This document shows positions 15,001 through 19,404 of a stretch of 64,000 nucleotides of DNA, in pieces (within the stretch, counting starts at the first letter, position 1; each line of letters starts with the position of its first letter). The stretch covers positions 7,088-71,087 of the forward strand of contig JAHYJO010000001.1 in NCBI GenBank assembly GCA_019429125.1, written 5' to 3'. The position numbers and the translations under genes are program-made. The notes below the pieces were generated by a model. The model was not told the origin of the DNA, did not search any database, and was given only the letters and a program-made list of their open reading frames with translations. Source of the DNA: Nanobdellati archaeon (GTDB taxonomy: Archaea; EX4484-52; GLR71).

Positions 15001-17355
15001 ATCGGTGCAGGACCTAAGAAAGCAGTATATATTGATAGTGCTATGAATTCAAATCCAAATATAGTATTTGATTATTCTCCATATGTTGATTTGATTGCAA
15101 GCGATATTGCGGTCTATAATTGTGATGATTGGGCTATAAAAACAGGATGTTTAAATCAATGGATAAGAAAGAATGTTACTGTTGATACTAATTTACGAAC
15201 TGTCACAATTGATACTATAAGTCCGACTGGTGCATATGCATTGGCACAATATATATGTGGGAATAAGATTTGTGAGGATGATTATGGCGAATCTAATTCA
15301 ATATGCCCAACTGATTGTAAGATAGATGTACCGTCATTGCCTCCTATGCCTGCACAACCAACATCAGGTGGTGGTAGTGGTTCTGGGACTGGTGCGGGTG
15401 AGGGACAAGGTCGTGAAACGGGTGCAGGTGCAGGAGGTATAGATAAGGACAGTTCAGATATAGATGGCAAAGGAGGAGAATTAGTTCCTATTGAGATAAA
15501 ATCTACACTACTTTACATAACTTTAGCTCCAGGTGAAAAATCAATACATTCAATTGAGATAAAAAATAATCAGGATAAGAAAGTAACATCACAGTTAAGT
15601 GTGGATGGACTTGTCTGGGACTTGATTCAGCTTGAGAAAACTGAGATAAAAGTGGATGAGAAATCAACTGAAAATGTAAAAATATCTGCATATGTATTGC
15701 CATCTACAATGCCAGGTATTTATACTGGTGATATAGTTGTTAAAACAGGGACTATGGTATATAGGACTCCTGTCACAGTAAAGGTTGAAATTAAAAAGGA
15801 AGCGCTTTTAGATGTCATAATTGAGACATTGTCAAGTGTGGTCAAGCCCGGTGAAGATGTAAAATTCATGGTTACTGTCAAGAATATGGGTGAGACTGAG
15901 ACTGTTGAAGACATAACACTTGAATATGTCATCAAGAGTCTTTCAAATAATACTATCATTACGACATATACCGAGACACTTGCAGTCAATAAATCATTAT
16001 CATTTGTCAAATCATTAAATATACCTAATAATACAAAAGAAGAACGGTATGTCATAACTTTAAATGCAAGATATGCAAATGCTGAAAAGTTTGCAACATC
16101 TTCTGACGTTGTTGATGTAAGCACACAACCATGGCCTATAGTCCTTCTTCTTAGATTGTTTAAGAGTTGGGTAACTTATGTCATATTATTAGTTGTATTG
16201 CCAATTCTTTATTTCGGACGAAAAGCATATCTATCATATCTCGACAAGAAAAAGAAGGGCGCGAGATATATATTCCCTATGGACTATTCAAAACTGCCAC
16301 AGAAAGGTGAAGAAAGTGTTAAGGTCGGTAAGATTGCAGAAACAGATATCAATGCATACATTAATATCAAGAACTTGACTATGCACTCAATTGCAGCAGG
16401 TGGTACTGGTTCTGGTAAGAGTGTAACTGCAATGTCAACGGCTGAAGAGTTATTAGACCTTGGCATCCCTGTTGTAGTATTTGACCCTACAGCACAGTGG
16501 AGTGGGTTTATGAGACCATGTAAAGATCCGCACATGCTTGAATTATATGCTAAGTATGGGCTTAAGCCTGAAAATGCAAAATCATATAAGACAAATATCA
16601 TTGTTGTTGAGAGCGCAGACAGCCTTACTGATGCAGAAATAGATATACGACAATATATGAAACCTGGTGAAATCACAGTATTTGTAATGAGCAAGTTGAG
16701 TTCATCAGAGCTTGATAAGTTTGTAAGAAGGACTATTAAGAGCATATTTAGCATACAGTGGCCTGAAGCGAAGACTTTGAGAGTTCTTATTGTGTATGAT
16801 GAGATGCACAGACTGCTACCTAAGTATGGCGGTAAGGGTGGATATCTTGAACTGGAACGTGGATGCCGTGAATTTAGGAAATGGGGTCTTGGTCTGTTTA
16901 TGATATCTCAGGTATTGGCGGATTTCAAGGGTGCTATAAAAGCTAATGTCGCAAATGAGATCCAATTAAGGACAAAGTATAATGGAGATATACAGCGTAT
17001 CAAACAAAGGTATGGTCCGGATTATGCTATGCGGGTGGCAAAACTTACTGTCGGTGCAGGGCTGATACAGAACCCTGAGTATAATGAAGGTAAACCATGG
17101 TTTATTCAATTCAGACCACTTTTGCATGATACTGGAAGATTAAGCAATGAAGAGCTTGATGTTTATATGGGTTTGAAAAAATCAATTGATGAGATTGCTT
17201 CAAAAGTTGCTAAGATGAAAGCAAAAGGTATGGATACATATGACATTGATATTGAAGTCAATATGGCACGTACTAAACTGCAACAGGGTGTGTTCAAGAT
17301 GGCTGAGACATATATACAGTCGCTTAAAGCAAGGTTGTCGTCAATGGCAGTATGA
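1..17355 (+). CDS. Giant repetitive cell-surface glycoprotein, 5'-truncated by the window edge. Extracellular region of more than 5,300 aa, C-terminal TM anchor, cytoplasmic HerA/FtsK-like ATPase domain.
   Basis: Uninterrupted frame-1 ORF from nt 1 (the track M at 106 is internal; upstream codons continue the repeat motif YAVGPQKWKYG) to TGA at 17353-17355. Very dense NxS/T sequons and paired Cys motifs (DDCGLV, WYNCT, DSCY). Modular repeats. C-terminal hydrophobic span followed by Walker A/B motifs. Confidence 0.85.
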   Translation, partial: YAVGPQKWKYGLLNNPAYNSTNSTEFYYNITTAPLVVMLESPIGGITFEKGVNNILLRGNVSDDCGLVKGANVEINIVKDETTYATCNPAGDENTGWYNCTIVNTTHNTWPVGLYNITMKADKKYYNDSEMLVVENAFRLVIRPILSNPTATSIQGGSVGGWGELWDFTVDISDPDGDSSNVSFWINLTGSWEFMDSVIWAQGNPTITFSGKTFSCADALDLGVKQYKFNVSDDYNYTSNITSTMTIEKDDVFVNPTATGGQSVDRNGTVTILLQTQIMDMDKAYAPVGSGVDGMTWVTVNGSDLSSYDGGYGLQTDASGYLNYNFDINCSYTTGQHAWKGGTFASVCYKDSISSTMYFDSLGKLYTDIELPVNGSNYGTGTQIIMRANVTSECVNEGLIDSEVKGFEFKSPSSSWYGCSPINEEEGLDTGWYNCTWDSTFKQPGNWTIRTNASNDTYYTAVNTWVDYFELLNNPPSYSDMNVTPDAGAWGTVYTFSVNFTDSDADTVDCDLYVTTDNGATWKLRNSTTLTSPAVCNLTVSDFDCGDIGNDNFFKFGLDDGYNTINTTNMSGPNITVDNIEIIYVYGNDKDVNRSYGILPLKVYVNDTTKGSFVSPNVPVYFNITTDGVAYNLEGSNVTVNGNSTYSFIPSCSYYEGEQTWYAEVNDSCYIPKNTTEYNLTVYGTLTNTLDIPNGVEYLPNNNITLRANVTSDCPAEVMNDTDVTFRYFRTGYSNTCTVENESTSYYNCTFNNTGMSPGYYDFEMNSSKSFYNTDSRVFSYVYGISSFWLETLPVLTTPTVSPGVGGWGETFYFTTNATDRDLDTMTVRLWLRKKPAGSWVQKNITTVQGINQTVNLSTRFPSGGDMGDWEFNFTVTADDSWDVYGTQNVSFTVEANDVRIEIISGNDSIVNRSSLPGNSNPNVTFGVRVFDDDLNALIPYSITTRFYVTKDGSNFTILATPQNETSEFYVTLNPDCSYGIGPQMWKASSVFSMNSWYKRINTSDQYFNITTVPLSTEISEPAGITTVRDMDNILLRANVTDECGLVVGASPVIVVERLTVPYFTCPTDGSLQYEGNGYYNCTVPAASMSGWPTGNYDVKIDSSKVYYNSSETNIKNNAFRLVTVPKVDNTVITSLSATGSSDFGWGEDWTFTVDVLDEDNDNVNVYLWANLTGNWELLDSTTCTNCGGSTHTIEFTGLKFLCTHIGNRDFKFNVSDDYSYTNETVGTFDIIKDDTVTYYGMVGDSSQIDREGNDVEIFSVRVRDIDFNAYVGTTIPNATGKIFVTTDGVSYDAGTQNQTDVSGYLYYTFNPDCNYLVGAQKWYGGPRGDSCYMDSDSSMFDTTITGQLKSSITNPAYSSSVLVGDIVNLNSSVFDECFVPVSGVTITHQAGPLSVDFEDITPVSDAGDGYYNSTWDTMFHQGGNWSFMLNASKINYYSNSTVYEEWLYLDNTPPVVENFTVSPTIEGWGHVYTYDAQMYDIQQDNITCDLYVSTDNGVSWVLKNSTFIETVSTLGVANCTLSLSNFDCSEIGTDNQYKFQIDDGTNVFNTSSISGPNITKDTVSIDYVFGNDSIVNRSGSQTTLFSARVLDSDKGSIPVMTGSSVTFWTTYDNVVYDLGYVISTNSTGYANYNFNPVCNPVKYEVGLQYWSAGVTDSCYSSINTSSNYTTIIYGSMDNQILLPLGTKFISGIDNVTIRSNVTSDCSVEETMNETLVNFTMTSLYTGTPYGCTTEVYNESTGYYNCTFETVGKEPREYNITMNATKEYYITNITTMTYLASVSSFRIENVPFMTAPVVSPGVGGWGETFFFTTNVTDADNDSMTVRLWLRKISGGSWVQKNITTVQGINQTVNLSTTFVSGNDIGDWEFNFTVTADDSWDVYGTENVSFIVEPNDVRIEIISGNDSIVNRSSLPGNSNPNVTFVVKIYDDDRNVLINIPIQTRFYVTKDGSNFVTLGDISNNSGYFFATLNPDCTYAVGPQMWKVASVFSGSSWYKLANSSNLNFNITTIPLATELSEPFGITRVRSVDDILLRANVTDECGLVSGASLEFFVDQSAIPYFTCPSDSTLNDENDGYYNCTIPAESTSGWSTGDYNINYTVSKVYYNSSDIIMENDAFRLVTVPQVSNPVITTLTSIGYSDFGWGEDWTFEVDVLDSDQDNVNVYLWVNLTGEWELLDSTVCTNCGTTQTISFGGHGFSCSNIGNRDFKFNVSDDYSYTNYTVGTFDIIKDDTITYYGGLGDLSQIDREGSDFETLTVQIFDADYNDYVGSSIPIATGKIFVTTDGVNYDIGTSNQTDASGYLYYMFNPDCSYLVGNQKWKGGSKGDACYVDSDSSMFDMTITGQLKSSITNPVYSSSVLVGDSINLNASIFDECLILVPGVTITHQAVSPSLEFEEILPVSDSGVGYYNSTFDTMFHQGGNWSFMINSSKVNYYSNSTLFSNWTYLNNTPPTVENFTVSPDEDGWGRVYSYEAQIFDTQMDNITCDLYVSTNGGAIWTLKNSTFIETVPTSGFANCILSLSNFDCSEIGTDNLYKFQIFDGTNKFNTSEISGPNLTKDTVSIDYVFGNDSIVNRSGSQTTLFSARVLDSDKGSIPVMTGSSVTFWTTYDNVNYNTGSVISTNSTGYATYQFNPTCSPVNYEVGPQYWKAGVTDSCYAQINFTQDNYTTTVMGDIINTIENPFYGTEYLRGENVTVRSISTPTIMDDCTASLLNIDNSIIFYNENGVANYSCITNEVGGGYYECIRNTTDMVARWYDTEMVSWETYYNNGTVLLQNHIFVKTAPNMTDETAITSVGGWGETFYFSVNVTDEDLDNVTLNLYIKNTASGPFGIWGAPKNSTILYSPQGEYAVLSWSDAPYCTIGTWEYKFEAIDTHGDTTFTDAHNFTIEKDDVEVLYSVGDGSYVWRNGSDSTTLTLDIVDSDRGNISVGTGTSARFWVTTNANDSSSWDLGKDTATLEGAIEYYFMNQFPDGGQKCDYTVGIQKWKGGTLNDICYKDQNSTEYDLSVNSSLVPNITNVYSQGYLRGDYIPLLTSVTDDCGSVSNVTLSYALLNMPNQYVCSKQSNVGWNESDGDYNCTWDSTNKPYKWYNVIATVSKEFFVTNMTSGNDRFFLGVTPQLDSLAVAPKIGGWGENHQFSVRLTSFDLATNNVSLWKSFDNVSWDLVNWQTVIMPIGQWVYFNERFTCNDYLTPPSGLNYYKIISKNVFGFSTETPVYNYTLNYDNVTLSITPASNDTVRRLGVTNALFEARIYDTDYGIYQNNTDANIWVTKDGSVFDYNESCSSLDGYCRINYDPQCDSDAGVQKWKIEVYDLCYQNINSTNVTVSVIGQLYSNVASPEQNDILNLNTTINLNTTVYDECGNNIVDASVYWYNSVPVSIASGYDTTWNVPLSYTKGPESIITNSTRQYYDNGTNMTDVYVYGWSIISSMSPLDLSSYLAGYDVPVQCTVTDANTTSNLTNYNVSFYKNDVFQDSNMTDSNGTAVWTWVTDLEPYGWYNLSCMISNDDTLYYTPAVAQMNTTVRVNRTLMIQSIVLSNPDIYRNDSFAPYDTNITVNIYDALFGPADNADVWFYNSTGFIDNCTTDVAGNCYISYNAPDNITPQGYAVYVNSTKAGLEDSITDNTIIGVYGIYYINITEPDNGSSWSKAIILNLSSYIENENGYVDTATVNWYIDSGFVATGQNTTSPLISQLPGPKILQSNATRPYYITGTDNILLNINGLVDVMWWYPLNGSKQAYPGSFDVQCLVKDNTSGVSVVGYAVDFWYWNGSDYVYNGTYTTNELGIAGYTWYPESKGVLDFKCNITDNATVFYSPNIGDDIATIIVEDINPPVISNVSIILNSTLEANLNYTNITAVVIDDVFVYSVIASITLPNGTIVNETMSNVFNDTYRVEYLPPVGGNYSVDIVASDSPPENNTNIVYAGDFSVWGTADIIGERTDEYVAFGITQVSDESFVLTVNATNNGPATAYDVSITVLEDPIGTVTYNTTNYECGNLSVGVMCSRDFLVTVPSKTAPQLITVYSTIWWDNPDKTPNSTVGITLIDVASNPVVDILEIFIQNQTKHGETTIIGTLTVSSAGNDYVDNIVLSKVGIILDLSCPLCNLTMSKQVEETLPAGEFFTSVISIDVPYGQSAGDYWTYISAKSDNAAQDLVIVNATVPLDVTWEREPSTFGTILALVNTTTTQIGVISTKNNGNSERNLIVQSGGNGSLFITKSPNSSSLGIGASRNVTLNYSIPALTTQGMYYVQIHIRESSANPSDAITDFWLNVTDLPPVISNVSIKPRGYEPDVGYSNISAVVIDNVLVSHVWLNSTKPNGTDEIYYFTLNGSDAYLNYSENETGVHKVVICANDSANLISCTMIYDISVMVNTTVVTETNITNTTIYGIMLDTGLNVSFNFTTLNDGYSRALDVNTSVLYPVLWNVSPSEFNMGDIILMPYQGEALLLIPADVIGEYYINFTSNWTNYDGSNDTLMTPIRIVIGSNPALNVTDMPASFVIESGKTLSTNLTLKSIGNDIAKSIAFNCTEGVVCSEFNVSFNPLVIVNLTKGNSTNFTINISVPLGYLAGVYDGVFTVYESKTNLSVNITVVIPANLTWEHNPVIISKNVIANRTGNFGSVRVSNMGNIPLTVSAISTNTTIFTINESSINLPLGDYYDAMINYSAPEVFSLVTYSAYFRTTNITALPSDRETFLNITIYPLYLDIITPTTVVPKLNVSKGKNITAIFNLTYSLVPVSENVTWQINLTKDSTSFSVNITPENINYSAISGLWTINFTAPDILAGVAYDLVAIVFDEINNIEIISVEKKAIIYTDTIPPLLFVDLFSNIINGSVIPIYVNTTDVGGMDYVSVEITTPNGTIFAYNATLLDSVGNDYFYNLDFIETSVLGAYPVAISAYDLSSNVNTTNVIFNAYLPSYFRGYSYDLESVDNETVVSAEFKLYKHDESVLMHNFWSDNVTGLYNESVYVRLYDVVVDVLNLTLTFDDFSMPLGGIFNPLVFGDIPIALIGAGPKKAVYIDSAMNSNPNIVFDYSPYVDLIASDIAVYNCDDWAIKTGCLNQWIRKNVTVDTNLRTVTIDTISPTGAYALAQYICGNKICEDDYGESNSICPTDCKIDVPSLPPMPAQPTSGGGSGSGTGAGEGQGRETGAGAGGIDKDSSDIDGKGGELVPIEIKSTLLYITLAPGEKSIHSIEIKNNQDKKVTSQLSVDGLVWDLIQLEKTEIKVDEKSTENVKISAYVLPSTMPGIYTGDIVVKTGTMVYRTPVTVKVEIKKEALLDVIIETLSSVVKPGEDVKFMVTVKNMGETETVEDITLEYVIKSLSNNTIITTYTETLAVNKSLSFVKSLNIPNNTKEERYVITLNARYANAEKFATSSDVVDVSTQPWPIVLLLRLFKSWVTYVILLVVLPILYFGRKAYLSYLDKKKKGARYIFPMDYSKLPQKGEESVKVGKIAETDINAYINIKNLTMHSIAAGGTGSGKSVTAMSTAEELLDLGIPVVVFDPTAQWSGFMRPCKDPHMLELYAKYGLKPENAKSYKTNIIVVESADSLTDAEIDIRQYMKPGEITVFVMSKLSSSELDKFVRRTIKSIFSIQWPEAKTLRVLIVYDEMHRLLPKYGGKGGYLELERGCREFRKWGLGLFMISQVLADFKGAIKANVANEIQLRTKYNGDIQRIKQRYGPDYAMRVAKLTVGAGLIQNPEYNEGKPWFIQFRPLLHDTGRLSNEELDVYMGLKKSIDEIASKVAKMKAKGMDTYDIDIEVNMARTKLQQGVFKMAETYIQSLKARLSSMAV
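4681..4845 (+). repeat. 165-nt tract nearly identical (1 mismatch) to 7669-7833, inside otherwise ~85-88% identical repeat units.
   Basis: Direct comparison. aaagatacggtgtctattgattatgt(t/a)ttcggtaatgattcaattgtcaacaggtctggtagtcagactactttattttctgcacgagttcttgattctgataagggaagtataccagtaatgaccggttcttcagtcactttctggacaacttatgataatgtg occurs at both sites. Confidence 0.85.
7669..7833 (+). repeat. Second copy of the near-identical 165-nt tract (partner of 4681-4845). The offset equals the super-repeat period of 2,988 nt.
   Basis: Same as above. Confidence 0.85.
15337..15480 (+). other. Pro/Gly/Ser/Thr-rich low-complexity linker (SLPPMPAQPTSGGGSGSGTGAGEGQGRETGAGAGG) between the repeat ectodomain and the membrane-proximal domains. 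It is preceded by a small Cys cluster (CGNKICEDDYGESNSICPTDC).
   Basis: Read from the translation. The antisense ORF at 15282-15470 is its shadow. Confidence 0.6.
16132..16215 (+). other. Predicted single transmembrane anchor of the giant protein (WPIVLLLRLFKSWVTYVILLVVLPILYF), followed by a basic stretch (GRKAYLSYLDKKKKGAR).
   Basis: 28-residue hydrophobic stretch followed by K/R-rich residues (positive-inside rule), placing the downstream ATPase in the cytoplasm. Confidence 0.6.
16380..17352 (+). other. C-terminal FtsK/HerA-superfamily (DUF87/VirB4/TraG-like) P-loop ATPase domain fused to the giant surface protein.
   Basis: Walker A AAGGTGSGKS (nt 16399-16422), then VVVFDPTAQW, Walker B LRVLIVYDEMHRLLP (DE at 16798-16803), then ERGCREFRKWGLGLFMISQ (RKxG...SQ arginine-finger region). 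Order and spacing are typical of the HerA/VirB4 clade. Confidence 0.7.
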
Positions 17356-17392
17356 TATATCTAATGATAAATAGGACTATGATTAAAATATA

Positions 17393-19399
17393 ATGGCAGG
17401 TGATAATGTGACTAAGAAAAAAGGTAATGCTAAAGAAAGTGAATTTATGGGCATGAGCTTGGATGGTCTTCAGGATAAGAAAAAAGAGATTAAGGAATTT
17501 CTTGCATCTTTAGAAAATGATTATCGTAATGCAACTATTTCTGAAAAAAGTTATAAGCATACAAAAGAGGTCAATCTTAAAATGATGGAAGATTTAAAAC
17601 AACAGCTTGCCGATTTTGGCATAACTGATTCTGATGATGATGTCATTACAACTCCTGCAGGTGACGACAAAACAACTATTGGGACTTCTGAGGTAGCTGT
17701 GTCTGCGAGTCCTGTCAGTAATGGGGGGAGCGTTTCTGGTAATAGTGATGTAGCTGATAATGTTTCAGTTGATAATGTGGCAGCTAATAATGTGCCTCTT
17801 AGTTCTGAACCTTATTCACAGAGTACACAGAGTGCTGGAGCTTCAGAGGGATTGAATAGTTCAGATGAATCTGAACATATAATCAATAAAGATACCAAAG
17901 GGTTGTCTTTAGTAGATAAGTTAAAGCAGTATGTGGAATTATCAAATGCGGTCGCTGCTAAAAATACCAACAAATCCGGAAATGTATCCAGCAATCAGCC
18001 AGTTCAATCTGTTGCAGAGACTACACCTCAAGTTAGTCAGGTTCCAGTTGCGCCCGTGCAGAATGTTGAGTTATTGATGCAAAAGTTTTCTGAAAAAGTT
18101 AATGTGGATTTGGAACGTATCAAAGCCAATCTTGATTCCTTTAAAGAGATGCGTGCGTCAACAGATGAACATATGCAGACAGTTACAGAAGGGCTTACCG
18201 AACTTAGGACTACAGTATTTCAGAGAGAGGCGGGAATAAAAGAGCAAGAGATGCGGTTTACAAGAGTTAAAGAGCTTGTGGATGATATTGAACCTGAAAA
18301 GATAAATAAAGAGTTTATGAAACGTGATAAGTTTACATCTGAGATGGAGATACGTATTGAGAAACTTGAAGTCAAGATTGAGGATATCATAAAAACTATA
18401 AAGCATACAGATGGTCTGTTGAAAAGTATGGGAAATCTTGAAAATATAGCAAATATAGACCATAAGATTGCAAATAAAATGGAACATGTAAGTGAGACTG
18501 AAAAATCTATGGTTCATCTTTCTTCAAAAATGGAAAAGATGTTTATGAGTCTAAATGAAAAACTTGAAAATTTTGATGTTTATGAAGCAAGACAGGATAA
18601 TATGAATGAGATAATGAATGATATGCTTAAGAATGTGGATCAGCTTGGTGTCAAATTTGAGAGTTATATCGATAAGAAAGATATGTTCAAAGTTAAAAAC
18701 GATATGGATTCTTTGTCTGAAAAAATTGAGATGATGATGGGTATATTGAAAAAAGCAGTGCCGTTTGCAGAAGCTGAAATTCCAAAAGAACTTCAGGAAC
18801 TTGAAGATCAACGGGAGGATATAGAGAGTCTTCTGTCTACACTTGCGCAGGAACATAAGAAGAAACAGATATCTGATAAGGAGTATATGAATATCAAGAA
18901 GAAAAATGATGTAGCTCTGGATAATATTAAAGTAGAAATAAACAAAATTATGAAAAAAATGATTAAAAACGAATCAAGTAGCAAGTCTTTGTCATCAAAA
19001 CAGACTAAAGATGCAAAAGATAAAGTAGGAGATTCTGCTGTTGAAAAAGTAGGAGATGCTGAAATGTCTGAAACGGTTGAGATTGAGGTTGGTGTAGATA
19101 AAGGTATTACTGATTCAGATGAAATAAAAATTAATGATGATTTAATAGAGGTGGAGGGGAGTCCTAAAGATAATGGTCTTGAGAAAGCAGATGAAAAAGA
19201 ATCGTTCGAGTCTAATAAGTCTGAATCAGTGCAAGATGCTGTCAAGCCTGTTGATAATGGTGCGGGCAAGGTTAAAGAAAATATGAGTGAAAAGATTGAT
19301 GTCAATGATCCTCTTATTATTGAACTTGAGGAATCACTTGCGCAAGGTTTAATATCTCAAGAGACATATGATAAAACAAAAAAATTGATAATAGGTTGA
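17393..19399 (+). CDS. 668-aa cytoplasmic coiled-coil protein, acidic, with an S/T/N-rich low-complexity segment. No TM. Tightly linked between the two giant surface-protein genes.
   Basis: ATG 38 nt after the giant ORF stop. Long E/K-rich heptad-like regions. Stop lies 5 nt before the next gene start. Confidence 0.7.
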   Translation: MAGDNVTKKKGNAKESEFMGMSLDGLQDKKKEIKEFLASLENDYRNATISEKSYKHTKEVNLKMMEDLKQQLADFGITDSDDDVITTPAGDDKTTIGTSEVAVSASPVSNGGSVSGNSDVADNVSVDNVAANNVPLSSEPYSQSTQSAGASEGLNSSDESEHIINKDTKGLSLVDKLKQYVELSNAVAAKNTNKSGNVSSNQPVQSVAETTPQVSQVPVAPVQNVELLMQKFSEKVNVDLERIKANLDSFKEMRASTDEHMQTVTEGLTELRTTVFQREAGIKEQEMRFTRVKELVDDIEPEKINKEFMKRDKFTSEMEIRIEKLEVKIEDIIKTIKHTDGLLKSMGNLENIANIDHKIANKMEHVSETEKSMVHLSSKMEKMFMSLNEKLENFDVYEARQDNMNEIMNDMLKNVDQLGVKFESYIDKKDMFKVKNDMDSLSEKIEMMMGILKKAVPFAEAEIPKELQELEDQREDIESLLSTLAQEHKKKQISDKEYMNIKKKNDVALDNIKVEINKIMKKMIKNESSSKSLSSKQTKDAKDKVGDSAVEKVGDAEMSETVEIEVGVDKGITDSDEIKINDDLIEVEGSPKDNGLEKADEKESFESNKSESVQDAVKPVDNGAGKVKENMSEKIDVNDPLIIELEESLAQGLISQETYDKTKKLIIG

Positions 19400-19404
19400 T
19401 TTGA

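Noticed and set aside
58-16754. Many 60-160-aa ORFs antisense to the giant gene (for example 13386-13865, 15720-16124, 16284-16754, 15282-15470)
   Set aside because: They lie entirely within a long, strongly supported sense ORF. Low-complexity or odd composition. 15282-15470 is the mirror of the Gly-rich linker. Shadow ORFs.
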